A DNA stretch of 64,000 bases from an uncultured Gemmatimonadaceae bacterium. Lineage in GTDB: Bacteria; Gemmatimonadota; Gemmatimonadetes; Gemmatimonadales; Gemmatimonadaceae. The translations under genes and the position numbers were made by a program. Below the pieces are notes generated by a model. It was not told the origin of the DNA. It was given only the letters and a program-made list of their open reading frames with translations, and ran no database searches. Positions 18,422-26,795 of the stretch are shown in pieces (the first letter of the stretch is position 1; each line of letters starts with the position of its first letter). The stretch lies in the NCBI GenBank assembly GCA_963751275.1, contig CAVVTZ010000002.1, positions 1 through 64,000 of the forward strand, given 5' to 3'.

Positions 18422-19705
18422 TTATTTGTGTCCGTGGGCAGGAGCCGGGGACACCAGGAATTCGAGAACCAACCAAACCACGCCGGCGCCCAGGAGCACG
18501 AGCGCCAGTTCAGTAACGTTGAGGGGAACAAGCAGGAGCAGGACAAGAATGGTGAGTACCAATAGGGCCCAGAGTTCCTGAGAGTGGTGCCGGCGCAGGA
18601 AATGCGACCAACCGGCCTGGTCGGCGGCGGGCAGGAGTGAGGTGCGGCCGCCGGCTAGCACCCGCTGCAACCAGGTACGCCAGGAGGTAGCCACGCGGGC
18701 TGGGCCCATGAGCCAGCCGATGACAGCCGTGACGGCGCCGATAAGGAAAAGGACGACGGTTTGAAGGTACAGTGGCTTGAGCAAGGCCTGCCAGACGCTG
18801 ACTGCGGCCGCGTTGTAAGTGGGGTCGGTGATTTGGCCGAGCAGAATGGCCCGGGCGCTACGCACCACCACTATGCCTACGATCGTCACTATCATCCATC
18901 CAACCCCGATGCGCACGGCCATTTTGCGGCGGTCGGTAGCCGCAGCCAGGGCTAGAATGAGCAGCCCCACGGCCAGTCCCAAGAAGATCCAGCGCAGGTC
19001 ACTCAGCAGCGCAACATAGTGCGGAATGGTAGCCAGGGCCGGGATGGTCACCACGTTAATCTGTCCGATTTTGGGCGGCAGCTGTTTGCCGGCCAAAAAG
19101 GATAGCGACGTGCCTTGCAGTTGCTGAGACACGAAGCTGTAGAGGCGGCTGATGTCTACGTTGGGGTTGCCGTTAGAGTTCTTGGCGATGTACATGAAGC
19201 GCTCTTGGCCGCGGCGGTTGACATTGACCCACAGGTTGGCAAATTGGTCCGAGGCGACAATCTTGGTGATGGTCGAGTTAGTATAATTTTTTACTTGCGT
19301 GGCAATGGGGGCGGCCAGCGGCTGGGCGCGGTCGGGTAAAACGCCGGCGACATAGCCCTGCACGTCCACGTTGTCGAAAATGGCAGTGGAGGCCGATTGG
19401 GTAATGGCCTTTTGCACTGAAGCTTCATGAATAATGGGCGTAATGGTGTTTACATAATTGTCGGTGTTGGTGATGGTGCGGTTGGCCCAAATAAAGATAT
19501 CGGCCGGCAACACCGCAACAAGGCCGAGTATGAGAAGGACCCAGGCGGCGCCGCGCCGCCAACCGCCGCCGGTTTGCCGCTGAGGTTGGCGCTCCAGCTG
19601 TTGCTGCAAGGCCTCGTTTTCGCGGCGCTGCGCTTCCAGTTCCAGCCGCAGGTGCTCGACATTGCTATCGGTAAGCGGCTCGTTGACGTGATCTTTGTGA
19701 TCCAT
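18422..19705 (-). CDS. integral membrane protein with N-terminal coiled coil
   Basis: ELEAQRRENEALQQQL, TM, WANRTITNTDNYVNTITP, several C-terminal TMs. Confidence 0.8.
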   Translation of the reverse strand: MDHKDHVNEPLTDSNVEHLRLELEAQRRENEALQQQLERQPQRQTGGGWRRGAAWVLLILGLVAVLPADIFIWANRTITNTDNYVNTITPIIHEASVQKAITQSASTAIFDNVDVQGYVAGVLPDRAQPLAAPIATQVKNYTNSTITKIVASDQFANLWVNVNRRGQERFMYIAKNSNGNPNVDISRLYSFVSQQLQGTSLSFLAGKQLPPKIGQINVVTIPALATIPHYVALLSDLRWIFLGLAVGLLILALAAATDRRKMAVRIGVGWMIVTIVGIVVVRSARAILLGQITDPTYNAAAVSVWQALLKPLYLQTVVLFLIGAVTAVIGWLMGPARVATSWRTWLQRVLAGGRTSLLPAADQAGWSHFLRRHHSQELWALLVLTILVLLLLVPLNVTELALVLLGAGVVWLVLEFLVSPAPAHGHK

Positions 19706-19759
19706 GCTGCCCCTCCCGTTAATGCTGCTAAAAGTGTAGCCTGGGCGGTGGGTGGATTC

Positions 19760-19775
19760 TGCAAAAAATCTCACA
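19760..19775. promoter_or_regulatory. CRP/FNR-type box (weaker)
   Basis: TGCAA-AAAATC-TCACA, 8/10 match, in a divergent intergenic region. Confidence 0.4.
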
Positions 19776-19841
19776 GACCGGCCTGGAAAGTAGCTTTAGC
19801 ATGGGATTGTCATATTAAAATCATCTTAAGAATGGAGGGTT

Positions 19842-20258
19842 ATGATGGCAAGTCATACTCGCTCTGAGGCTACCGGCTGGGTGGGATGGATCGTCTTTGC
19901 GGGCACTTTATTGCTGCTAGACGGTATATTCCAATTCGTCATCGGTCTCGTCTCAGCCTTTAACCATACGTGGTACGCCATTGTAGGGCAAAGCCACATG
20001 CTGGTCTGGAACTACACCACCTGGGGGTGGATCCAGATGTTGATCGGGGTGATACTGGCCGCGGTCGGATTGTCGCTGTTTAGCGGTAGCATGGTAGGCA
20101 GGGTGTTCGGCGTAATAATTGCCGGCATCAGCGCCATTGCCAACCTGGCGTTCATTGGCGTCTACCCGATCTGGTCGCTGGTCGTGATCGCGGTGGACGT
20201 ACTGGTGATGTACGCCTTAATCGTCCATGGCGGCGAGATGCGCGCAATCGAAGAGTAG
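19842..20258 (+). CDS. four-TM membrane protein, DUF7144-like
   Basis: GWVGWIVFAG..WGWIQMLIG..YPIWSLVVIAVDVLVMYALIVHG. Confidence 0.8.
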   Translation: MMASHTRSEATGWVGWIVFAGTLLLLDGIFQFVIGLVSAFNHTWYAIVGQSHMLVWNYTTWGWIQMLIGVILAAVGLSLFSGSMVGRVFGVIIAGISAIANLAFIGVYPIWSLVVIAVDVLVMYALIVHGGEMRAIEE

Positions 20259-20291
20259 CGGCCTGAAAAAATGCGGGCAGCCCGATAGCGG

Positions 20292-21011
20292 CTAGCCCGC
20301 TTTTTTGTGGCGGGACCGGGGGTGGGGGCTCACCGGGCGCCGCTCGTAAAAGGTGGACGGCCCACCAGGGCTTTCCATCTTACTCACGTCGATATAGGTG
20401 CGGCGCCCGTCTTTCCAAAGCAAGTGCCGGGACTGGGCAGAATTGATTTCGAGCGAAATTGATTCCCGCGTGACGCCGGCGAGCCGCGAGATATCTTCTT
20501 GCGTGATCACAGTATCGATGCCGGCTACCTCGTCGTCTTCGCCAAAGGTACCAAGGCCGGCGGCCAGCATGTACAGCACGAACTCCAGACGCTCATGCAC
20601 GTGGGAACGTTCCAAATTGCGGATGCGCGCGGCCAGGTTCATGTAGGCCTTGGCCAGCGCGTCAACGACCGCGCGCATAATAGCGGGATTGTCGCTGGCA
20701 AAGCCGTATAGCGCATCGCGTTCAGCAATGTAGCAGGAGGTGTCGGTGAAGGCCTCATAGTAGTATAAATGGTCGGTCGGCGGGACCTCCAGTAACCAAA
20801 CGAGCGGAAACACGTTGTCCTGGGCAACGATGGAGAGAGTGCGCTCCGAGCCGTTTTCGTCCAGGTCATAAATCTTGACCATGCCGGAATTAACCATGTA
20901 TACGTAGTCGAATGCCTCGCCTTGGGCGCAGATAAGTTGTCCCTTCGTAAAGCGGCGCACGAAGTTTTGTGCCTGAAAGAATTGCACCAATTGTGGGATT
21001 TCTGCTGCCAT
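20292..21011 (-). CDS. Crp/Fnr family transcriptional regulator
   Basis: cNMP-binding domain (FTKGQLICAQGE..YMVNSGMVKIY) and HTH ITQEDISRLAGVTRESIS. Confidence 0.9.
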   Translation of the reverse strand: MAAEIPQLVQFFQAQNFVRRFTKGQLICAQGEAFDYVYMVNSGMVKIYDLDENGSERTLSIVAQDNVFPLVWLLEVPPTDHLYYYEAFTDTSCYIAERDALYGFASDNPAIMRAVVDALAKAYMNLAARIRNLERSHVHERLEFVLYMLAAGLGTFGEDDEVAGIDTVITQEDISRLAGVTRESISLEINSAQSRHLLWKDGRRTYIDVSKMESPGGPSTFYERRPVSPHPRSRHKKAG

Positions 21012-21111
21012 GGCTTCCTTTTCGCGAATGCTTCGGGTTTAGCTTAGCGTTTTGGGGCCGGGGTAGGGCAACGTTTATTCGTCCAAACAAATTGCGCTTA
21101 GCGGCGACGGC

Positions 21112-21127
21112 TGTGAAGTTTATTACA
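21112..21127. promoter_or_regulatory. CRP/FNR-type box
   Basis: TGTGA-AGTTTA-TTACA, 9/10 match, between the crp-like gene and the DUF1269 gene. Confidence 0.55.
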
Positions 21128-21186
21128 GCCGCAAGGTGGGCCGAAGCCCATAGTTGGACATGGATTTAAACAAGAAAGGATCCGAT

Positions 21187-21381
21187 ATGAGCAACCTGAT
21201 TGTGATGTCGTTCAAAGACGAGCAGGGCGCCGGCCTATTTCTAGGCGAACTGGGTGAACTGCAAAAGCAGGAACTTATCCACCTGGACGACGCAGCCACG
21301 TTGGTGCGTCACGAAGACGGCAAGGCCAAAATTAAGCAGGCCCGTAACCTGGTGGGCGAAGGCGCGCTGGGCGGCGCGTTT
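21187..21381 (+). CDS. DUF1269 family protein, 5' part only (truncated at the junction)
   Basis: MSNLIVMSFKDE..LQKQELIHLDDAATLVRHEDGKAKIKQ..GALGGAF; GAAAGGA RBS. Confidence 0.8.
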
Positions 21382-23142
21382 TCGGCGACGCAAATCCTCG
21401 GGCTCGTCGGGCTCGTGGCGCTCCTGCTCGGCGGGATCGGCGTGGGCAGCGCGATCAGCGCGTACATCGCCGACCGATTGGACAGCGTGGCGGTGCTGCG
21501 CTGTCTCGGCGCCACCGGGCCGCAGGTGACGGCAATGTACGTGCTCGAGGCGTCGCTGCTCGGCGTCATCGGAGCCGTGTTGGGCATCGTGCTCGGCGTC
21601 GCCGCGCAGCTGCTGCTGCCCAAGGTCTTCGGCGATTTCCTGCCGGTGGATGTCGCGCCGCAGCTCGAGCCGGCGGTGCTGCTCATGGGCCTCGCCATCG
21701 GCGTGTGGACCGCGACGCTGTTCGCGCTGCGGCCGGTGCTCGCGGTGCGCGACGTGAGCCCGCTCATGGTGCTGCGGCGCAACACGCCGGGCGCCGAGGG
21801 GAAGAAGCGCCGCGTGGATATGCCGCGGCTCTCCGTGGAATTGCTGCTCGGCGCGACGGTGCTCTATCTCGCGGTGCGCCGCACCGGGAATCTGCGGCAA
21901 GGGATCGGCATGACCATCGGCATCGTCGCGGTGGTGGGCGTGCTGTGGGCGGGTGCGGCCGCGCTCAGCGCGCTGGCGCGGCGGTTGGTGCGCGAGCGGT
22001 GGCCCTTCGTGCTGCGACAGGGCGTCGCGAACCTGTATCGTCCCGCGAACCAGACGCGGGCCGTCGTGCTCTCGCTCGGCTTCGCGACGTTCCTGCTCTG
22101 CTTCGTCTACCTGGTGCAATCGAGCCTGCTGGGCGAATTGCGCGCGGCGAGCAGCGCGGCGCAGGCGAATCTCGCCTTCTTCGACGTGCAGCCGCCGGCG
22201 GTGCCGGCGGTGGATTCGCTGGTGCGCGCGGCGCACGCACCGGTGCTCCAGCAGGTGGCGATCATCCCAATGCGGGTCGCGGAGGTGAACGGCGTGTCCG
22301 TGGCCGACCTCACGAAGAAGCGGCAGAGCTGGGCGTTGCGGCGCGAGTATCGCTCGAGCTACCGCGACACGCTGGTCGCGTCGGAGAAAGTGACCGCCGG
22401 CAAATGGGGGCCGCGCAATGCGGCCGGATTGCCCGGCATCTCGGTGGAGAAGGATCTCGCCGCCGAGCTGCAGGTGGCGCTCGGCGACACCATCGTGTGG
22501 GATGTGCAGGGCGTGCGTATTCCGTCCGTCGTGACGAGCCTGCGCGAAGTGCAGTGGGCGCGCTTCGAGCCGAACTTCTTCGTGGTGTTCGAGCCGCGCG
22601 CGCTGAAGGATGCGCCGGCCAGCTTCGCGATCCTCACGCGCCTCGACGACGCGACGGCGCGCGCGCAGCTGCAGCACGACGTGGTGACGCGGTTCCCGAG
22701 CGCGAGCGCCATCGACCTCTCCACCATCCAGGATGCCGTGCGCAAGATCCTGGACAAGGTGTCGCTCGCGGTGCGGTTCCTTTCGCTGTTCAGTCTCGTG
22801 ACCGGCGTGCTCGTGCTGGTGAGCGCGGTGTCGAGCGCCCGGCGCCAGCGCGTGCGCGAGGCGGTGCTCCTCAAGACGCTCGGCGCGACGCGCGCGCAGA
22901 TCGCGCGGATCATGATGGCGGAGTACGCCTCGCTCGGCGCGTTGGGCAGCCTCACCGGCATGATGCTCTCCGTGGCCGCGGCGTGGGCGGTCATGCATTT
23001 CATCTTCGAGAGCACGTTCACCTTCGCGCCGGCCGGCATGCTGCTGCTCGCGCTCGCCACAATGGCGCTCACCGTGGGGATCGGGCTGTGGAGCGGACGC
23101 GAGGTGTTCCGCGCGACGGTGAGCGAGGAGCTGAGAGACTAA
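21382..23142 (+). CDS. ABC transporter permease (YbbP/FtsX-like), 5'-truncated
   Basis: LGLVGLVALLLGGIGV..AVLRCLGAT, GVANLYRPANQT, REAVLLKTLGATRAQI. Confidence 0.85.
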   Translation, partial: SATQILGLVGLVALLLGGIGVGSAISAYIADRLDSVAVLRCLGATGPQVTAMYVLEASLLGVIGAVLGIVLGVAAQLLLPKVFGDFLPVDVAPQLEPAVLLMGLAIGVWTATLFALRPVLAVRDVSPLMVLRRNTPGAEGKKRRVDMPRLSVELLLGATVLYLAVRRTGNLRQGIGMTIGIVAVVGVLWAGAAALSALARRLVRERWPFVLRQGVANLYRPANQTRAVVLSLGFATFLLCFVYLVQSSLLGELRAASSAAQANLAFFDVQPPAVPAVDSLVRAAHAPVLQQVAIIPMRVAEVNGVSVADLTKKRQSWALRREYRSSYRDTLVASEKVTAGKWGPRNAAGLPGISVEKDLAAELQVALGDTIVWDVQGVRIPSVVTSLREVQWARFEPNFFVVFEPRALKDAPASFAILTRLDDATARAQLQHDVVTRFPSASAIDLSTIQDAVRKILDKVSLAVRFLSLFSLVTGVLVLVSAVSSARRQRVREAVLLKTLGATRAQIARIMMAEYASLGALGSLTGMMLSVAAAWAVMHFIFESTFTFAPAGMLLLALATMALTVGIGLWSGREVFRATVSEELRD

Positions 23143-23143
23143 C

Positions 23144-23322
23144 GGCGCGTGTCGGGCCTGGTACCGCTTGAGGGGCGCGTGTGGGGCCTAGTACCGCTCG
23201 AGAGGCGCGTCTGGGGGGCAGCGTGTGGCACGGCTCTGCGGGAGTGGTACTACTCACGCCGAGCGGTACTAGACGCTGCCTCCCAGACGCGCCTCTCGAG
23301 CGGTACTAGGCCCCACACGCGC
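23144..23322. repeat. palindrome built from 30-nt direct units
   Basis: 50-bp arms 23175-23224 / 23273-23322 with one G-T pair; 30-nt unit GGCGCGTGTSGGGCCTRGTACCGCTYGAGR repeated on the left. Confidence 0.85.
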
Positions 23323-23324
23323 AC

Positions 23325-25880
23325 TTATTGGACCCTTGCGATCGCGAGGCGGATCGGACTCGACGGATCCAGCGCCGCGCCGCCCGTGGTGGTGAGCGCA
23401 ATGACCTGGTTCGAGGTCTGGCCGCCCGTGAGGAGTATCGCGCTCGCGCCGCCGGCCTGGACGAATGCCGTCGTGCTGAACCCTCCGAAATTGACCGGCA
23501 CCGGCACCAGCGGATAGGCGAGCGGGAATCCGTTGGGGGAATCCGTGTGCAGGCCGGCGAAGATGTCGCCCTGGTCCCAGCTCGGGAAGGTGAGCAGCGG
23601 ATCCGCGGGCGTGACCGGATACGCGGCCACCGCGCTCGCCATCGCGAAGCGCGACGTGAGCACGCCCGGCGCCGCGCCGGCGCGCGCCGACAGATTGTCC
23701 ATGCCGAACTGGTGCAGGCTCTGCACGATCGCCTTGAGCATCGTCGCCTCGTCGGAGGCGTACTGGTCCACCGACCAACGGACGAAACTCCAGGCGCCGC
23801 CGTAGAAGACTTCGCCGCCGCTCAATGCGACGGGGGTCTCATTCGGGAAATTGCTCAGGTAGTCGTACAAGTAGCCGAAGTGGTGGGGCATGACATACGG
23901 ATGGTCGCCGCCACAGCTGTTCGTGAAGTCGCAGTGCACCGTCGAGGAGTACTGCGCGTGTCCCTTCCACGTGTTGCCGTCGTACGTGCGGCCGTAGATC
24001 TCCGACGCGGTCTGCGCGGTGGATTCCTCCAGCCAATTCTCCTCGAACCCGTCGCCATTGTTGGCAATGCGCTCGGCGTAGCTCACGATGTGCTTCGTCT
24101 CGTGGGGGAGCACGCTGCGCACGAACGCATGCCAGCCGGTGACGCTCGTCGGTCCCGTTCCGGAGCGCGTGGTCGGCACGTACGCGTAGAAGATCGGCGC
24201 CTCGTTGCTCACCGTGTCGCGCGTGGCGGGATCGCTGCCCACATCATACGGGAAGAAGTCGCAGCTGTTCACGAAGCCGGCAATGCCGCCGCCCTGGAAG
24301 GTGTTCACCTTCTGCGTGAAGAAGATGAACACGTGCCCCTTGTTGCCGAGCGTCGGGTCGAGCGCGAGCGGGTCGCCGAAGTAGCCGGTCTCCACCGGCA
24401 GCGTCACGTTGTCGAACTCGGCGCCCATCGCCTGCATCTCGGCGTTCGTCTGGCCAACGAGCGGATTGCTGAGATCGTCGAACACCACCGTCTTGGCGCT
24501 CACGTACACCACGCGCGCGCGCTGCAGGAAGCCCACGGTGCAGTCGTTGTCGTGGTCAATGTCGTCGATGTGCAGCGAGACCGTGTCGCCGACATGCGGG
24601 TTGAAGCCGCAGCATTCGCTGACGCGCCGGCGGCGCGCGAGCAGCGAGTGCACCCCATGCGGCCCGCCGCGCGCGGCGAAGATGCGTTTGTTCCGGTCGA
24701 GCATCCGGATGTGCGCGGCCTGCTGCGCGCGCGCGAAAGCGGCATCCTGCGCCGCCCAGGGCATCCAGGAATCGTCGCGCGGGAGGCGCGGCGCCGCGCG
24801 CGCCGGCGCCGGCAGCATCTCGGACACGACATTCGCCGCGCTGACGCCGCGCAACTCGAACGACCCCGGCGTAGCCGCGGATTGATCGGAGACGCTGATC
24901 AGGTAGTTGGCCGAGGACTGCATCGGCAGCTTGAGGCAGCTCCCGGAGGCGGGCGACGCGTCGAAGAACTGCGATTGGCCGGCGGTGAGTGAGACGGTCT
25001 TCGCCGGATCGAGCGGCAGCGCCTTCGAACCCGAGAGGCCGGCGACCGTGACGAGGACCGGCACATCGCGGGCGTCCGAGCAGGTGAACGCACCATCGGG
25101 CACGTTGACCGTGATCTGCGTGGCACTCGAGCCCGTGACCACCGCGGCGATGCCGTCGAGGGTCACAGTGTTGTTCGCCGGGGTGGCACTGAAGCCCGTG
25201 CCGTTGATCGCGCCCGAACTGCCGGACACGAGCGGGCTCGGCGTCGTGCTGGTGACCACCGGCAATGTGCCGGCCGCCACGTTGAACGTCGCGACGCCGT
25301 TCACTCCGCCCGCGGTGGCCGTGACCGTGATGCCGCTCGCCAACGCGACGCCGGTGGCCGTGACCGTCGGTCCGCTCGTCGCGGAGAGCGAGACCTTCGT
25401 GTTGTCGCTGGTGACCCACGTGACCGCGCGCACGACCGCGTTGCCGTTGCCGTCGCGCGGGGTGGCGGTGAGCACCACCGTGCCGGCGACGCCGATCGTG
25501 GGCGTGCTCGGAGAGACGTCCACCGTGACGACCGCGACCTCCGCCACCGTCACACCGAGCGTGCCCGCCTTTCCCTGCGCGGCGGCCGTGATCGTCGCGT
25601 TGCCGGCTGCCGCGGCGGTGACGGCGCCGGTGGAGCTCACCTTGGCGACGGCGGTGTCGCCGCTCGTCCAGACGAAGGTCGCGCCGGACACGACGCCGCC
25701 GCTCGCGTTGTGCGCGATGGCCGAGAGCTGGCGCACGTCGCCGACGGTGAAATTGGTGCTCCCCGATACCGTGATCGTCGCGATCCCGTTGGAGGGCCCC
25801 GTGCTTCCGCCGCCTCCGCCGCACGCCGCGATGGCGGCCGGCAGGGCGAGGAGCATGGTGATACGGCTGGCGACGCGCAT
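23325..25880 (-). CDS. lipoprotein with Ig-like (Big_2) and IPT/TIG domains and a C-terminal HExxH metallopeptidase-like domain
   Basis: Lipobox AIAAC; two Ig repeats (WTSGDTAVAKVSSTGAVTA); INGTGFS; LPHETKH...WLEES. Confidence 0.8.
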   Translation of the reverse strand: MRVASRITMLLALPAAIAACGGGGGSTGPSNGIATITVSGSTNFTVGDVRQLSAIAHNASGGVVSGATFVWTSGDTAVAKVSSTGAVTAAAAGNATITAAAQGKAGTLGVTVAEVAVVTVDVSPSTPTIGVAGTVVLTATPRDGNGNAVVRAVTWVTSDNTKVSLSATSGPTVTATGVALASGITVTATAGGVNGVATFNVAAGTLPVVTSTTPSPLVSGSSGAINGTGFSATPANNTVTLDGIAAVVTGSSATQITVNVPDGAFTCSDARDVPVLVTVAGLSGSKALPLDPAKTVSLTAGQSQFFDASPASGSCLKLPMQSSANYLISVSDQSAATPGSFELRGVSAANVVSEMLPAPARAAPRLPRDDSWMPWAAQDAAFARAQQAAHIRMLDRNKRIFAARGGPHGVHSLLARRRRVSECCGFNPHVGDTVSLHIDDIDHDNDCTVGFLQRARVVYVSAKTVVFDDLSNPLVGQTNAEMQAMGAEFDNVTLPVETGYFGDPLALDPTLGNKGHVFIFFTQKVNTFQGGGIAGFVNSCDFFPYDVGSDPATRDTVSNEAPIFYAYVPTTRSGTGPTSVTGWHAFVRSVLPHETKHIVSYAERIANNGDGFEENWLEESTAQTASEIYGRTYDGNTWKGHAQYSSTVHCDFTNSCGGDHPYVMPHHFGYLYDYLSNFPNETPVALSGGEVFYGGAWSFVRWSVDQYASDEATMLKAIVQSLHQFGMDNLSARAGAAPGVLTSRFAMASAVAAYPVTPADPLLTFPSWDQGDIFAGLHTDSPNGFPLAYPLVPVPVNFGGFSTTAFVQAGGASAILLTGGQTSNQVIALTTTGGAALDPSSPIRLAIARVQ

Positions 25881-26010
25881 GGGAGACTCCGTGGGCGATT
25901 GCGTCGGGCGGTGCGGGAACATGAGCGGCAGTGGGTTCGTTGTCTACACCGAAATGGCGCCGTCGGACCGTCCGTTTGCTCCAACAGGGCCCGCTAGGCA
26001 CCTTTCATCG

Positions 26011-26655
26011 ATGGATTTCCTGGCGATCCTGCTGGCGGTCAAGGGCAACCCGCTGCTCCACGCACTCGATTCGGCGTGGGGGTATCTGGCGATCGGCGCA
26101 TCGGTGTTCCTCTTCGAGGAGACCACGCCCGTGCTCGCGGGCTTCACCGCGCACCAGGAGCACCTGCACGTGTGGCGGCTGGGACTCGTGTGCGCCTTCG
26201 GCGGCTGGTTCGCGACGCTCCTGCCCTATGCGATCGGACGCTACGGGGCCGCGCGGCTGCTCGCGCGATTTCCCGCGGCGGAGGCGACGATGCTGCGGCT
26301 CATGGGCGTGGCCGCGCGCCGTCCGTGGCGTGCCGCGCTCGCCTCGCGCTTCGTGTTCGGGGCGCGCACGCTGCTGCCGCTCGCTTGCGGCACCGCGAAG
26401 GTGCGCGTGATCCCCTTCGTCGCCGGCAGCGCGATCAGCTCCGCCGCGTGGGCCGCGCTCTACACGTGGCTCGGCTGGATCTCCGGCGAGACCGTGCTGC
26501 TGCTGCTCGGACGGGCGAAGCGGCACGAACTCTCGGTGTGGCTCGCCTTTGGGCTCATCCTGCTGCTCGTGCTCTGGGTGATCCAGCGGCGCAATCGGTC
26601 CCACGTGGCGGCGGAACTCGAGAAGACGGACGACATACTTCGACTCACCAGGTAA
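26011..26655 (+). CDS. DedA/VTT family membrane protein
   Basis: FLFEETTPVLAG, YAIGRYG, SRFVFGARTLLPLACG. Confidence 0.8.
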   Translation: MDFLAILLAVKGNPLLHALDSAWGYLAIGASVFLFEETTPVLAGFTAHQEHLHVWRLGLVCAFGGWFATLLPYAIGRYGAARLLARFPAAEATMLRLMGVAARRPWRAALASRFVFGARTLLPLACGTAKVRVIPFVAGSAISSAAWAALYTWLGWISGETVLLLLGRAKRHELSVWLAFGLILLLVLWVIQRRNRSHVAAELEKTDDILRLTR

Positions 26656-26664
26656 CTGCAACTG

Positions 26665-26783
26665 CCGGGAACCGATTACCGGGAACCGGTGTGGCATGAC
26701 AATACATGGCATCACGACATCGCCCGACCGTGGTGATGCCATGTGTTGTCATGCATCACCGGTTCCCGGTAATCGGTTCCCGG
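26665..26783. repeat. long palindrome with 7-nt periodic arms
   Basis: CCGGGAA CCGATTA CCGGGAA CCGGTG..GCATGACAATACATGGCATCAC pairs with GTGATGCCATGTGTTGTCATGC..CACCGGTTCCCGGTAATCGGTTCCCGG; lies between convergent genes. Confidence 0.85.
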
Positions 26784-26795
26784 TCGTTTGTAGTA

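Noticed and set aside
1..21381. Alternative genetic code (TGA=Gly) in the CPR-like part
   Set aside because: TGA terminates gatC and other genes at expected lengths with start-stop overlaps; the ORF breaks are frameshifts rather than in-frame TGA.
21154..23142. Novel DUF1269-ABC permease fusion gene
   Set aside because: It spans the compositional junction and both halves are truncated; best explained as a chimera.
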